A DNA stretch of 63,893 nt, filler included, from Pelomyxa schiedti (Eukaryota; Protista; Evosea), in the NCBI GenBank assembly GCA_020536535.1. It is 5 parts of 5 records of this genome, joined end to end, with 100 filler letters (N's around TTAATTAATTAA, not from the genome) between each part and the next. Parts side by side here need not be neighbours in the genome. Positions count along the whole stretch, not along the records: positions 15,511 to 43,299 come from JAHLWZ010001027.1; 4 more parts are not named here. One strand, written 5' to 3'. Each line of letters begins with the position of its first letter. Position 1 is the stretch's first letter. A program made the translations under genes and the position numbers. Under the pieces are notes generated by a model, which saw only the letters and a program-made list of their open reading frames with translations, was not told the DNA's origin and did not search any database. Of this stretch, positions 24,641-37,005 are shown piece by piece.

Positions 24641-27600
24641 ATGGACGCTGGTACCCACAATCCCCGTGTTTGTTTGTTTGTTGCCGTTTTTTTTCTTATT
24701 TTTTTTTTTTTCCCCTTTCTTTGTTTTTTTCTTGTTGTTAATTCCTGTTTTTAAGTTTAAAGTTTTAAACTTAAACAACCAGTAACCTTTCCATAGGTGG
24801 GGTGTTGAAGTTCCTTCAAGGGTGTTTACCCAGTGACGCGTCACTGTCCTCGTTGGATTCGACTACTTTACCAAAGGCGCTACGCTCTGGAGTAATTTTA
24901 ACGAAGTACAACTCTTTATGAAATTACATAACTTTTGACTGACACAAAAAAAAAACAAGTGCTGTTAACAGCATTTCCCCAAATATTGCCCCGCCGCCAA
25001 AACCAAGCATTCTACAACATAAGGTACAGCAAGCTATTGATTCAATTCCTAATGATCTCGCGGTTAGGTCAACATTGAACACTTTCTCACAGCTTGCAAG
25101 AGGCTTGGTATTTCACAAGATGATATCTTTGCTGTTAATGACCTCTACAATGAATACAATATCCCGCAGGTACACGAAATGGCGTTCAGCCTTTTCCTAA
25201 TGAAGGCAGGTCTACAAGTGCCTGTCAGCCCTCTCGGCTATTAAAGAGAATAAAACAGCAGCACCAGTTCCTGTTGCAGCCCTGCCGCCACCATCACCAT
25301 CCTCGCTTCCTTCACCAAGCCCTACCTTTACTCCATCTGCATCACCAGATAGGTTCCACAACCCTTCCGGCCATTCTCCACCCACTCACCCATCTTCTCA
25401 CTTGCCTCCATCTCATCCCCCTCGAGCTAATCCCACAAGACCACCATCTCCCCCAGACCACCAGTGTGAATCCTCACATCTTTCTCCAACACCTCTCCCT
25501 CCACTTTCCCTTGCACACCCTGTAGCTGAAACACCAGTAGACATTGAACCGCCAATGCATGTTGAAGTTTCTGCCCCTCCAGTGGCTCCCCCTCCTTTCC
25601 AGCATATTGGTCCACCACCTCAAATTATTCAACCTCCACCACCTCATTCGATTGACCCTCCACCTCCTCAAGTTATTCAACCTCCGCCACCCTCGCCAAT
25701 TGAACCGCCTCCACAAGCAATAGAACCTCCACCCCCACAGCCAATACAGCCACCTCCACAGTCGATAGAACCTCCACCCCCACCAACCATTGGACCCCCT
25801 CCTCCACAAGCAATAGAACCACCTCCCCAACCAATAGAACCGCCATCTTCCCAGCCAATTGGTCCTCCACCTCCTTCGAGATCCCCCCCTCCTGTTGAGC
25901 CCACACAACCACACGGTAGATTTCTTCATTATTTTGTTGTACTAATACCCTGTCAGTTCAACACACACAAGTGCGGAGAAGTTCCTCACTTGTACTGGGA
26001 AAACCACCGTCATTTGCTGCACAACAGCCTCCAGGCAGCCCCTTGAGGAGCAGCAACCCTAGTCTTAGGCTTTCTGCTAATCTAACTCCGTTGGTAACCC
26101 TTTATCATACTTGAATCTTCTCTGAAAATCTCACAAGGCTAACCGTGTTGTAATACCACCAGTAAAGGCTCCATCCACACCAATGTCAACTTCTGTAAAG
26201 CCAACAACCGCACCCCAAGAGCCTATACCTGTAGTGAGCAATAAAGAAGAGGTGTCCAAAGTGATTTCACAATTTCTCGAGCACCGAATATCACCTGAGG
26301 ATGTGGTAAAAAAGGGTATCCTGAAGGGTATGCAAAGCCCCGATATCCATCACATAACGTAACCTCCAACAGACAGCCCTGCTTGGTGCCCTTCCAAACC
26401 AACTGCGCCAGCACCTGTACCACCTGCGCATATAACCCCTCCTGTATCTCCACCAATTCCTCCATCACCTGTACCTACAACTCCATCTCCTCGCCCACAA
26501 CCACCAAAGAGTACATCTAATCCCAGCCTTGCTTCTCCGTCCCCTTCAAACCCGGCTCGCCCGGTATCTGCCTATAGACGCACAGTCTCAATGTCATCAA
26601 GCATTTCCGAAACGCTCTTGGCATCTCCTGCTCAAGAACCGACCCCAACTCCACCGACCCCCTCTAGGCCTCTGTAAGTTTCATTTTTTAATCGAGTGTT
26701 TGATAACCTTTGTTTAGGGTGAATATCAAGCAGGTTGACTTTTGGAAAGTTCCGCCAAGTTCCATCTGACTTTCTCTAGGTAGGTGGTAGCCTTCTTGAT
26801 GAAATTTCTTCCAGATGGCAACTGAAAACTAGTAGTATTGGTGAGTAAGCTCTTTCTTTCATCCCCAACCAATAACATGTCTTCAGAGAATGTTGTTGAT
26901 GAAAACAAGATATTGTCAACAGATATTCTCTCACTACATGCTAATCTTAATATTCTGAAGGAAATGTACGAATAGCACCTTCAAGTATTATTACCTAACC
27001 AAAACAATTTAGAGGGTTGAAGCATTTTCCTGAACAGGCTGGAATGATTTATCAAATTTTTAATTCCGTACAAACGCAAAGCAAAGCTGTCCCTTCAGAT
27101 GTATATCTTTCTAATCCCAAGCTGGAAAATAGCATCAGGCGGCTTGAGTTGTTGTCCTTACTTTCGCACGTCATTATGCTGGTTTCTTCTCCCTTATCAA
27201 AACAAGTAATAAAACATCCAAGAAAAATATTCTTCTGTTTGCAGAAGAGCACCAGGCGGCAGTAGCTTACCTGAGTACTGCACAGGTTCACACCACTTGT
27301 TGACAATTGTAACATAGAATAGAAAGATCAACTGAAAGAAATGTTCCCTCCTCCACCTCCTACACCGTTACCTACGAGTCCACCTACAAGTGCACATACG
27401 AGTCCACCAGAACCAGAACCTGAAGTAACACGTTTTAATTCCCTCATTATTGGTACCCTTTTTTTTTAGGCTGCAGCAGATGAAGAAGGTCTTGTTTATT
27501 CTCTGGAAATGAAGAATGGTGTTGAAACCCGAGAACTCAAAGCTGGTTTGAAACTGTTGTCACTCTTCCATGTTTAAGTTGAAATAGGTACCATTCAGAA

Positions 27601-29275
27601 ATTAGTTGAACTTCTATTTTCCCCGAATGCTGATGGTAGGTAATAGTACTGCCAACTTACATCTAATTTTTTCCTAGGCTCTTACTCGGTCATATTCATG
27701 CTCATTTTCCGCAGCTTCACGGACTCATTAACAGTCCTTAGAATCCTGTTTAAAGCGTGTGTAAGTCTCACTAATAAATTGGGATTGAAAGACACAGGTA
27801 TGAAGACAACCTAAGTTCTGTGGAGGAATTAGCGGACGCCGTTTGTTTCCCACTTGTCTATTCAAATGAAAATTCATCTTTTCCAGATGTCGGAGAAGGT
27901 TATGAACAAGAAGAAAACGAGACTAAGGTTTCCTTCCTACAGGAACCATCACCACTCACTTTTGGAAGGATTGTCAACATTGTGAAACGATGGGTGGAGA
28001 ACTTCTGGCATGACTTTGAGGATGACTCTGTCGTGGAAGCAACTAAGGAATTTCTCGCACGGAATGAGGCAAATGACAAACTTGTTGCAGCACTAAAAAC
28101 CAACTTCGAGAAGAAACTGATTGCCCCATTTGTATCACCCCCTCCTACTACTTATCCACTTATTGTAAGCAGAACACCCACTTACCACGACCTTACATCT
28201 TCAGTCAACCACCACCACCCTCCATTGTGCCTTCATCTGCCAGACCGGGATTTGAGGACATGGACCCAGTTGAAATTGCGCGGCAACTCTCTCTAATGGA
28301 ATTCGACATTTTCCGTGTATGAGTCACCAGCTCCTACCTTGCTTTAATGACAAAATTAGACCATACAAGCTAAAGAGATGTTTTCTCTTTCTTGGTCAAA
28401 GAAAGACAAAGAGCTTAAAAGTCCCAACCTTCTCGCCATGATTCACAAATTCAACACGGTCAGTTTCTCACATCTACATAACCACTGCGTGACAGCACAC
28501 AGATCAGCAATTGGGTGTCCCTGAGTATCTGCCGAGAAACAGTTCTTAAAAAACGACTCAGTATTGTCAAGCGGTTCACAAGGGTTCTAGAGGTGAGCCA
28601 AAAATCCATGAATTTCATCCTTCTAACATTCTCTAGGAGCTCATCAAGTTGAACAATATGAATGCCGTTTTTGAAATCTCTTCTGGACTTAGCTCATCCT
28701 CAGTCAGTAGACTGAAAATCACCTGGGCCGAGGTACCATTCCCAGGCCCCACAATTAGATTCTAAATTGAAAACTACACCCCAACAGTTCAAGGATAGCA
28801 ATAAAACTCTAGACAAAGTATCCAACCTTACATCTCCCACTGGGAACTTTGCAGCATACAGAGAAACCATCAGAAGGGCAAATCCACCGTGCATTCCATA
28901 CCTTGGTGTATATCTGAGTGACTTAACATTCATTGGTAACTTCCACAAAATTTTTGTTTCCCTTCACTAACAAAAGCAACACAGAGGAAGGCAATCCTGA
29001 TACTACAGAAGCGGGACTTGTTAACTACTGCAAGTTTGCTATGGTTGCCGGTGTGATTCAGGAATTACAGAGGTACCAGCAGCAGCCTTACAACTTCGCC
29101 AAAGTCGAAAGGTATACGTTGATTCCATATTCGAAACAAACCTCTAATCATGTGCCACACAACAATTCCTAGTATTTATGGATTCTTGAACAGTGTCAAG
29201 GGAGTATCTGAGAAAGAGTGCTTTGAACTGTCACTTATTGCAGAGCCGCGTGCCGCTGTTCAACATAACTCTTGA
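24641..29275 (+). CDS. RasGEF with N-terminal calponin-homology domain, Pro-rich region and RPEL-like motif
   Basis: CH: ALRSGVIL...NIEHFLTACKRLGISQDDIFAVNDLYNEYNIPQV. RPEL-like: ISQFLEHRISPEDVVKKGILK. REM: ELKA|GTIQKLVELL. CDC25: DPVEIARQLSLMEF, PPCIPYLGVYLSDLTFI|EEGNPD, ELSLIAEPR. Confidence 0.9.
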
Positions 29276-29316
29276 AAATGCAAGCGTTTGTGTTTTTCTT
29301 CCCTGTTGCTGTCAAT

Positions 29317-30271
29317 CTAGTGCAAAGAGTGCTCATACAAAGCAGTGGCATAGCCCGCATTGTACCAGAGCATAAGCAGCTTGGCCAGCTGTGACTCTGG
29401 TTTGAGTTTAGTATAAGTATTTAATGTTGTGATACCTTCTTCCGTTTTTCCCCTGTTTGCGTGTGTTGTGGGGCACACATGGCTTTGACTGGGATAGCAA
29501 GAGCAGCCGCAAGAGGGGCGATGGCAGTTGCTCTGCTTTCGTTTTAGTTTGAAGAAGTTCAGAAGAACGCAGTGAAAAAAAACCTGTGGATGGCAGCTAT
29601 GGCCGCGGGTACTTTGGCATGCACAACAGCACGAATGCGGCACAGTCTGCGGCTGGTGGAACTGTGTGTTGCTCATCATGGTGTTGTACCAATGCCAGTA
29701 CATGTTTGTAGCTGCAGCAGCTGCGTCGGCCGCCGCAGCAGACGCGGCAGCTGATGTTGATGATGTTGTTGTTTTGGATGCATTAGTGCTTGTGGTGGTG
29801 GCACCAGTTGGAGCAGCCGATGCGGATTGATAAGGAAGGTTGCCGTACCCGTAATTGGAGGGGTAGTAACAGTTCGCGCCACCCGGGTATTGGCCGTAAT
29901 AATAATATCCTTGGCCGTTCAGCATGGCAGTAATAGAATCGCCGGTGGCGGCGGTTGTGGTTGTGGCTGTGGTGGCAGGTGGTGTCATTTTGGCGGCTAG
30001 TGGCTTGTGCCCCTGCTCCTCCTCCTCCTCCTCCTCCGTTTCCTCGTATTCACCATCACCCTCTTCCTCTGCTTCTCCTCCATACTCCTCCTCCTCCTCC
30101 CCCTCCTCCTCCGCAGCCGCCGCGGGATCGTTGCCGTCGTCGGCACAGTCACCGTCGTAATCTGCTGCTGCCTCCGCCACCACGGCGTCCTCGTCCTGCT
30201 GCCTCTCCTGCACTCGGTCTCGGTCTCGGGTCTCTGCATTTGTGAGTGTGCTGCATTTCTGCTGTTGCGCT

Positions 30272-30304
<33 letters not shown>

Positions 30305-30717
30305 CTCTGGGGCGGCGCCGCGGTGGCTGTAGTAGTAGTCGTCGTCGTAGTCGTGGCGGTTGCGGGGGGCGGTTTGTTGGCGGGGGCGCCGCCGCATCCC
30401 GCCCGGCTCTGTTTCTGCCCCACTCCCTCGCCCTCGCCCTCGGCCTCTTTTCCTTGCCTGGGGATCGCGGGTGCTGCCGCGAGTAGGGCGGGGAGGGCGG
30501 CGGGGTGCTCGTCTGGTTGCTGCTGCTGCTGCTGCGGTGCGGCGGCTGCGGCGGTGGCGGTGGTGGATTTTGTGGCGGGTGCTGTTGGGTCCGCTGCGGG
30601 CTTGGGGTCGGCGGTGGGCTGGGGTTGGTGCTTGGTTCTCCTGCGCGTGGTGGTGGATGAACGCGCTTTGTTGTATGCTTTGATGAGCTCAGTGTCGTCC
30701 CACATGTCGGGGTCCAT
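29317..30717 (-). CDS. SMN: Survival motor neuron protein (Gemin2-binding N-terminus and YG box)
   Basis: MDPDMWDDTELIKAYNKA matches SMN WDDTALIKAYDKA; C-terminal LAKLLMLWYNAGYATALYE matches the YG box. Probable short in-frame introns near the 3' end. Confidence 0.9.
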
Positions 30718-31191
30718 CTGTGTTTTGTGTGAGCTGCGCGGCGTGGTTTGTTAATTGTGGGCGGGTGCGCAAATTGCCGAGACACAGCAGGAACATCGTA
30801 TCATCGGTACTCACGCTGCAAACGTTGAACTGCATCAGACAATTCGCCAACAGATGAAATGGGAAGATGGTTCCAGAGTCAACGACGAGAGTCTTCCAGG
30901 TGGACCGAAGATCTAGGGTGGATAGTTCCCTGAGAATGTGATGGTGCCCAATCTTGCCTTCGACCCCTGCTTCTCCCTTTTTCGCGAAGTAAGAAAAATC
31001 TAAACCTTAGGTGCCAAAAATGACAAGACTGATTACCTTCCCCAAAACAAAATAAGAAGAAAAAACAAAAAATCAACACCGCATCTCGCCCGTACGTCGG
31101 CTGGTGTCGTTGGTGAGTGCGGTAGATCTGAGTCTATAGTAAAAAGGAGTAGTGCAACAACAACCACACGTTTTAAAAGAGAGGAGAAACG

Positions 31192-34100
31192 ATGGGTACA
31201 CTATGGCGATCGCAGCCGATGCAATTGGTGCAATTGGTCATACAAACGGACTCTGCACATGACACTATGGTGGCCCTTGGTGCCAAGGGCAAATTACAAT
31301 TGAAAGACGTGTGTTACTTACTTTAGTTAATTTTACTATTCAATTTTTTTATTACTTGAGCAATTTACTTATTCCCATCCGCAGTTGAACGAATCTGTCA
31401 ATAGCTTTCAACGTAATTTCGTCACCGACGTAAAGAGGTGCGAGGAGATGGAAAGAAGGTTGCGTTATGTTGAGCAACAAATTTTCAACGAGAAAGAAGC
31501 CTTGGCTGCCTCCAAGCACTCTTTGGCGGACTATCGCACAAACAGGGTCCCTGAGAGAATCCCGGCTTTTAACGACCTGGAGGTTTGTCACACAGGGTCT
31601 TGATTTACTTTCTTATCTTGTCTCTGCAGGGTGACCTCGCCAACCTTGAGAGGGAGCTACAAGACATCAATGCTAACCGAGAAGTTCTTGATCGAAATTA
31701 TTCCGAATTTGTAGAAATGCAACAAGTCCTTCTCAAGGATAACGATTTCTTTTCGGAGGTTGAACTCTTTTTTCAGCTATAATACATCCAACTCCTTGTA
31801 GGGTACTGTGCATGAGAAAAAATCTGAGGGTCTTTTGGATGATGGATTTTCTGTTAAACTTGGGTAGGGCATTATTTGATTAATTGCCTGCATCTCACAA
31901 CCGACTAGTTATGTGACAGGAGTGATTAATCTCGATCTCCTTCCCGCGTTTGAACGCATGATGTGGCGTGCGTTGAGAGGTAACATGGTTAACAAAACAG
32001 CTCCCATTGAAGAGTTGATTATCGATAATACCACAGTAAATACACTTTTTGGTACTCAAGTCATTCACTCCTTTTTTTAGGGACTCCCTGTAAGAAAGGC
32101 GGTGTTTATTGTTTTCTATCAAGGTTTTCATTTTAGCAACTTCCACAAGAAATGGCGATACACTCACTCTAAAAATAACACCAATGGCATACAAACCCGT
32201 TCTAGGTGAACAGCCACAACAACGGATCAAAAAAATATGTGAATCATTTGGTGCACACACTTATGTGTGCCCTGATAATATGGCCCAACGCGAAGAACTC
32301 CTTGAGCAAGTAAGAAGAAGGCTGAATGAACTCTCTGTTGTATGTTTTTCCTCCTTGACGTATGAGGTGACTGATTTCTGTAGGTGCGTGATCGTGCCCA
32401 TGAGCACAGGAGACAACTTCTTGCGTCTGTGGACCAAGTGATTCAGGAGTGGGTGTTTCTGGTACCGTTCGTTTCTTATTATCGTTGTTTCCCAACATCA
32501 CCTAAGGTGAGAAAAGAAAAATCCGTTTACCATGCGCTCAACATGTTCAACTATGATCACGGTAGGAAAGTTCTCATCGGTGAGGGCTGGTGCCCATGCA
32601 ATGCAACAGACGAAATACTCGATGCCCTGAATGATGCTAATGTATCGCTACATTCAAAAGGGAGAGATAGTTTTATTCACTTGGAAAAAGAAAGCATCTG
32701 GATCACCAGTTCCATCAATTCTGGGTCTTCTCAAGTCTAAAGAAGAGCCTCCGACATACTTTGAGACAAACAAGTTCACTTATGCCATGCATTGTATCAT
32801 TGAGGCCTATGGAGTAGCCCGATATGGCGAAATTAATCCAAGTAAGGACTATTAATTACTTTGAACCTCTCACGTTTGGTAGCCACCTTTTCCATCGTTA
32901 CCTTCCCCTTCCTTTTTGCGGTATGCCGATAGCGTCTGGAAGCACACTTTTCACATTTCCACTTGATAGGTGATGTTCGGAGATGCAGGTCATGCAGTAA
33001 TGCTTTTGATGACAGCCTTGACTCTAATACTATTCGAGAAAAAGCTTTCCAATATGCAGATAAATGAAGTATGCAACCCTCCAGTGCGCTGTTGCATCCA
33101 TTTACAGGGTCAAGATCTTCAAAATGCTGTTTGATGGTAGATATGTGCTACTTTTGATGAGTTGCTTCTCTATTTTTACTGGTTTGATCTATAACGATGT
33201 GCGCCACGGTCAAAACCGAACCGTTTAGTGATGTCGCAATAGATATTTGGACTGGGTGTTTCCCTTTTGCCAACAGCATGGTATTATAATGCAACTGCAT
33301 TGGAGTGGCAGAAAGAAGACCGAGGTTAGAGATGCTCAGTTTTTCCTCCTTTACCCACAACTTTTCCCAGTGTACGAATTCGGAATTGATTGTGTAGGAC
33401 ATTTATTTAGCCTTCAACTTGGTTTTAAAACAATCTCCTAGACATGGAAAGGTGCCGACAATGAGTTATATTTCTACAACTCGTTCAAGATGAAACTTTC
33501 TATCGTTTTCGGAGTTGTTCAGGTTTCGCCAAGGTTTTTTTGAGATTCCACTAAAAACTCATAAGATGACTGTTGGTATATTTTTGAATGCCTTGAATTT
33601 CATCCACTTCAGAAAGTGGTTGAGCTTCTTTTTCGAGTTTATCCCTCAGGTACGTGTGCTCTCTTTAGTGTTTCACTAAAGTCTCTACTCAGCTTTTCTT
33701 CATGACCCTTATTTTTGGGTATCTGGTAATTCTCATCTTCCTCAAGTGGTCAATTCCTCTGAAACAGGAAGTGTGTCTTATTCTCCTCTAATTTTATTCA
33801 TCCCTCCACAGCCCTACCTTATTAATGTCATCATTGACATCTTCTTGAAATGCCCGGATTACCCGGAAGAAGATATCATGTTTGATGGCCAGGTTGTGTT
33901 TGATTTTATTTCCCTACCGAGGCTTATTGAGCCAAAGGCAACCATACAAGTCATTATCTTCTTTGTTTCCATTATATGCGTCTTTGTCATGCTCATACCG
34001 AAGCCTATTATTCTGAAAGTTCAACACAACCGAGCGATGAAGATGAAACGGCTTCTCAGGGACATTCCAAAAGAGCCTGAGATGTCGGATGAGAATGAGA

Positions 34101-34768
34101 TTGATCCAGCTCCAAAGCTAGTATCAGAAGGACCAGTTGAAGATGACGAAGAGCCGGTATTCTCCCAGTTGTTGTTACTATGACCAACTCCGCACAGTTT
34201 GACTTTAGTGAAATTATCATCCACCAGTCAATTCACACGATTGAATTTGTACTGGGATGCATTTCGAATACTGCGTCATACCTCCGTCTATGGGCTCTCA
34301 GTTTGGCACATGCCGGTAAAACCTCTTTTGCATTACTTTCGTTTCTTACGGTGCCACAGAGTTGTCTATTGTATTCTATGAACAAGTTTTGGTTCTGACT
34401 ATGGGTATGGATGGCACGATGGCGTGGTTTATAATAGTCGGCGGGTGGGCACTGTGGGCTGCTGCCACTGTGGCAGTACTTCTTGTCATGGAGGCACTCT
34501 CTGCCTTCCTTCACGCTCTTAGGCTCCACTGGTAATATCTTCCACCCTTTGTCACATCCCCAAAAAGTTCTAATACTGTACTCACAGGGTCGAATTCCAG
34601 AACAAGTTCTACCGTAAGCGCTGTTTTTTTCTATGTTATTTTATTTTATTTTTTCCATCGCACTCACTCTCTTATCAACACTAACGCGCACACGCAGAGG
34701 GTGACGGCTATGCCTTCGCGCCCCTCGACTTCTCCAAGATCCGCAAAACACTGCTCGATGTTGAATAA
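31192..34768 (+). CDS. ATP6V0A: V-type ATPase V0 subunit a (many short introns)
   Basis: [59 protein letters not shown]|[47 protein letters not shown]|VEFQNKFY. Confidence 0.97.
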
Positions 34769-34850
34769 ATAACAAGCTAAAGACTATTCTTTTTTTGTCT
34801 GCATCTCGTTACGCTAATGTCAAATTAAATTAAATTAATCGTTCAGACGA

Positions 34851-36968
34851 ATGGACGGGGGTGGTGCCGTGGCCAACAGCGGCGACACATTCTTCGGGTC
34901 GGGGGCCGACGGCGCCGACGACTTCGACTTTGTTGACGCATCGTCCTCTGCTACAACCACCTTTGGCGATGACATCGAATCAGCTATTACAGTTGCGGAA
35001 CCCAACAATGACAACAACAACCAGGAGGGGGTGGGCGCCGTAGATGGCAATGGTTGTGCCCTGCAGCAGCACGAACAACAATCATCACCACCACCAGCCA
35101 CGATCTCGGGGGCGGGGGCGGGGGCGGTGGTGGACGGCGAGGCCCCCGATGGCATCGCACAAGTACCGCAGCCTCACGTGGCGTTTGATGCGAGTGTGGA
35201 CGGGGCCCGCGAGAGTGCCGACGCCGTGCTGCGCGGGTTAATGCCTTGCTTCGACGGCGGTGATGATGATCACGATTGTGGGAGAGGCAGCGGATTGCCT
35301 CCATCTTCGTCATCGCCGGCGGGTGAATCTACTAGTAGTGCCAGTGTCACAGCCACTGGTGAACGGACCAATGGCGGCGAGGGCCTGTGTTATCACCATC
35401 ATTATGGGAGAAGGGATACCACTGGTACTGCGGTATTACTGCCCTGTCTAACTACTACTACTGATGAACCAACAGCCGGGAACTTGCTTCCAATCACAGA
35501 ACCTGCTGTTGTTGCGCGTGGGGACATGGGCCTGCCTACATGGGCTACTACATCGCAGGTTGTGCCTACAATTATGCGGGCGATGGCCGCGTCTATTGCT
35601 CGTAGTTGCTCATCACTAGATACTACGGTGAAGCAGCAGGCACTCCGGCGGCAACTGCTTAGCCAGGCTCTATCCGCACCAAACACCACAAGTTCTAAGA
35701 GTCCATGCCCGGAAGGGGCAGTCGCTTTGGCTGACGAATCTAGTGCAAAGAGGCGAGTCATACTCAGGATAGCTCTCGAGCACGCCGCTTATGTTGGTGC
35801 CCTTAGTGCCCTGTGGGACTCTGTGGCAAAGCCAGCTTTATATGCCCTTACCGGCAGGATATCTCATCACCGGCACAAGCAAATCCAACAACCACCACAG
35901 CACCAAGTGCAGCTTCTCAGGGGTAACCCAGGATTTGTACGAGCTCACAGCCCACCACAGGTTAACAGCCCATCTACTGTGAGGAAAGCACCCGGTGTGC
36001 ATGCAATACCCGTCGAGGCTAGTGTTGCACCTGTTGGAGGAGGCCTTGACAATGACACTGGTGTAGGAATTATTCCGGGCATTGTTGGAAGTGGCCTACG
36101 CGACGTCACTATTTCTAGTCAAGAAGAAGCATTAGAAGTATTATCCGAGGCTTTTGGCTACTTAGATGGGCTCAAAAATACTGCTCAAGTCTGGCTAGAC
36201 CGGCTATGTGAGCGCTTGTGCTCCTGTGCATGCGGCGGAGCTTGCCTTGGGCTGTGTGAGGGAGTCTACTCCAAGAGAAAGAAAGCCTCCGTTCCGGTCC
36301 CAAAAGCTGAGAGCGAATGCTGCAGCGGGATCGGCCAGGCTTTATTGGAGCTAGTTCTACCAACCAAAATGCACCACAAGTTCTCGCAAATGCACTGCGC
36401 AGTTCTCTCCGCCCTCCGCTTCCTTTCCGCACAATCATCCCCATCATCACAACCACCCTCCGGCTGCCGGTGCGATTACTGCTCCATCACAGCACACACC
36501 GCACAGGCAACCGGCACCACTGTGCTGCAGCGGGTCAGCCGGCCCCTGGTTCTATTCCCTCGCTATGACACAGCCCTGGTGGAGCTTGGCGTGTGCTGCA
36601 CTTTGCAGGACGAGACCCTCGTAGCAGCCACACAGGCCCTTGCTCCGGTACTGGCTGACATCCTTGGTGCTGAGTCTGTGCTACTTGAAGGAGGCGGGGG
36701 CAACAATTCCAGTGCCCCGTGGTGTGGTGACATCGATGTGGCCACAGGAACAAACATACCACCACCCTCATCATCATCGGCAACTACAAAAACGGCAACA
36801 CTAGTGAATTCCACAAAGCCGGCTTTAGCAGAAACAACAAACACCACATCAACCTCACAACAACCAGCAACAACCACAGTGAGTGTTCTAGAAGGGGTTG
36901 TTGTTGGTGTTGGTCTGGAGGAGGATGACCCTAGAACACCTATTTCCAACACCAAGAAAGCTACATGA
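34851..36968 (+). CDS. Hypothetical 705-aa single-exon protein
   Basis: Long uninterrupted ATG-TGA ORF filling the space between two genes; no family recognised. Confidence 0.65.
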   Translation: MDGGGAVANSGDTFFGSGADGADDFDFVDASSSATTTFGDDIESAITVAEPNNDNNNQEGVGAVDGNGCALQQHEQQSSPPPATISGAGAGAVVDGEAPDGIAQVPQPHVAFDASVDGARESADAVLRGLMPCFDGGDDDHDCGRGSGLPPSSSSPAGESTSSASVTATGERTNGGEGLCYHHHYGRRDTTGTAVLLPCLTTTTDEPTAGNLLPITEPAVVARGDMGLPTWATTSQVVPTIMRAMAASIARSCSSLDTTVKQQALRRQLLSQALSAPNTTSSKSPCPEGAVALADESSAKRRVILRIALEHAAYVGALSALWDSVAKPALYALTGRISHHRHKQIQQPPQHQVQLLRGNPGFVRAHSPPQVNSPSTVRKAPGVHAIPVEASVAPVGGGLDNDTGVGIIPGIVGSGLRDVTISSQEEALEVLSEAFGYLDGLKNTAQVWLDRLCERLCSCACGGACLGLCEGVYSKRKKASVPVPKAESECCSGIGQALLELVLPTKMHHKFSQMHCAVLSALRFLSAQSSPSSQPPSGCRCDYCSITAHTAQATGTTVLQRVSRPLVLFPRYDTALVELGVCCTLQDETLVAATQALAPVLADILGAESVLLEGGGGNNSSAPWCGDIDVATGTNIPPPSSSSATTKTATLVNSTKPALAETTNTTSTSQQPATTTVSVLEGVVVGVGLEEDDPRTPISNTKKAT

Positions 36969-37005
36969 AAGAGTTCTAATGTGGTTGCTTTTTGGTTTTT
37001 ATTAT

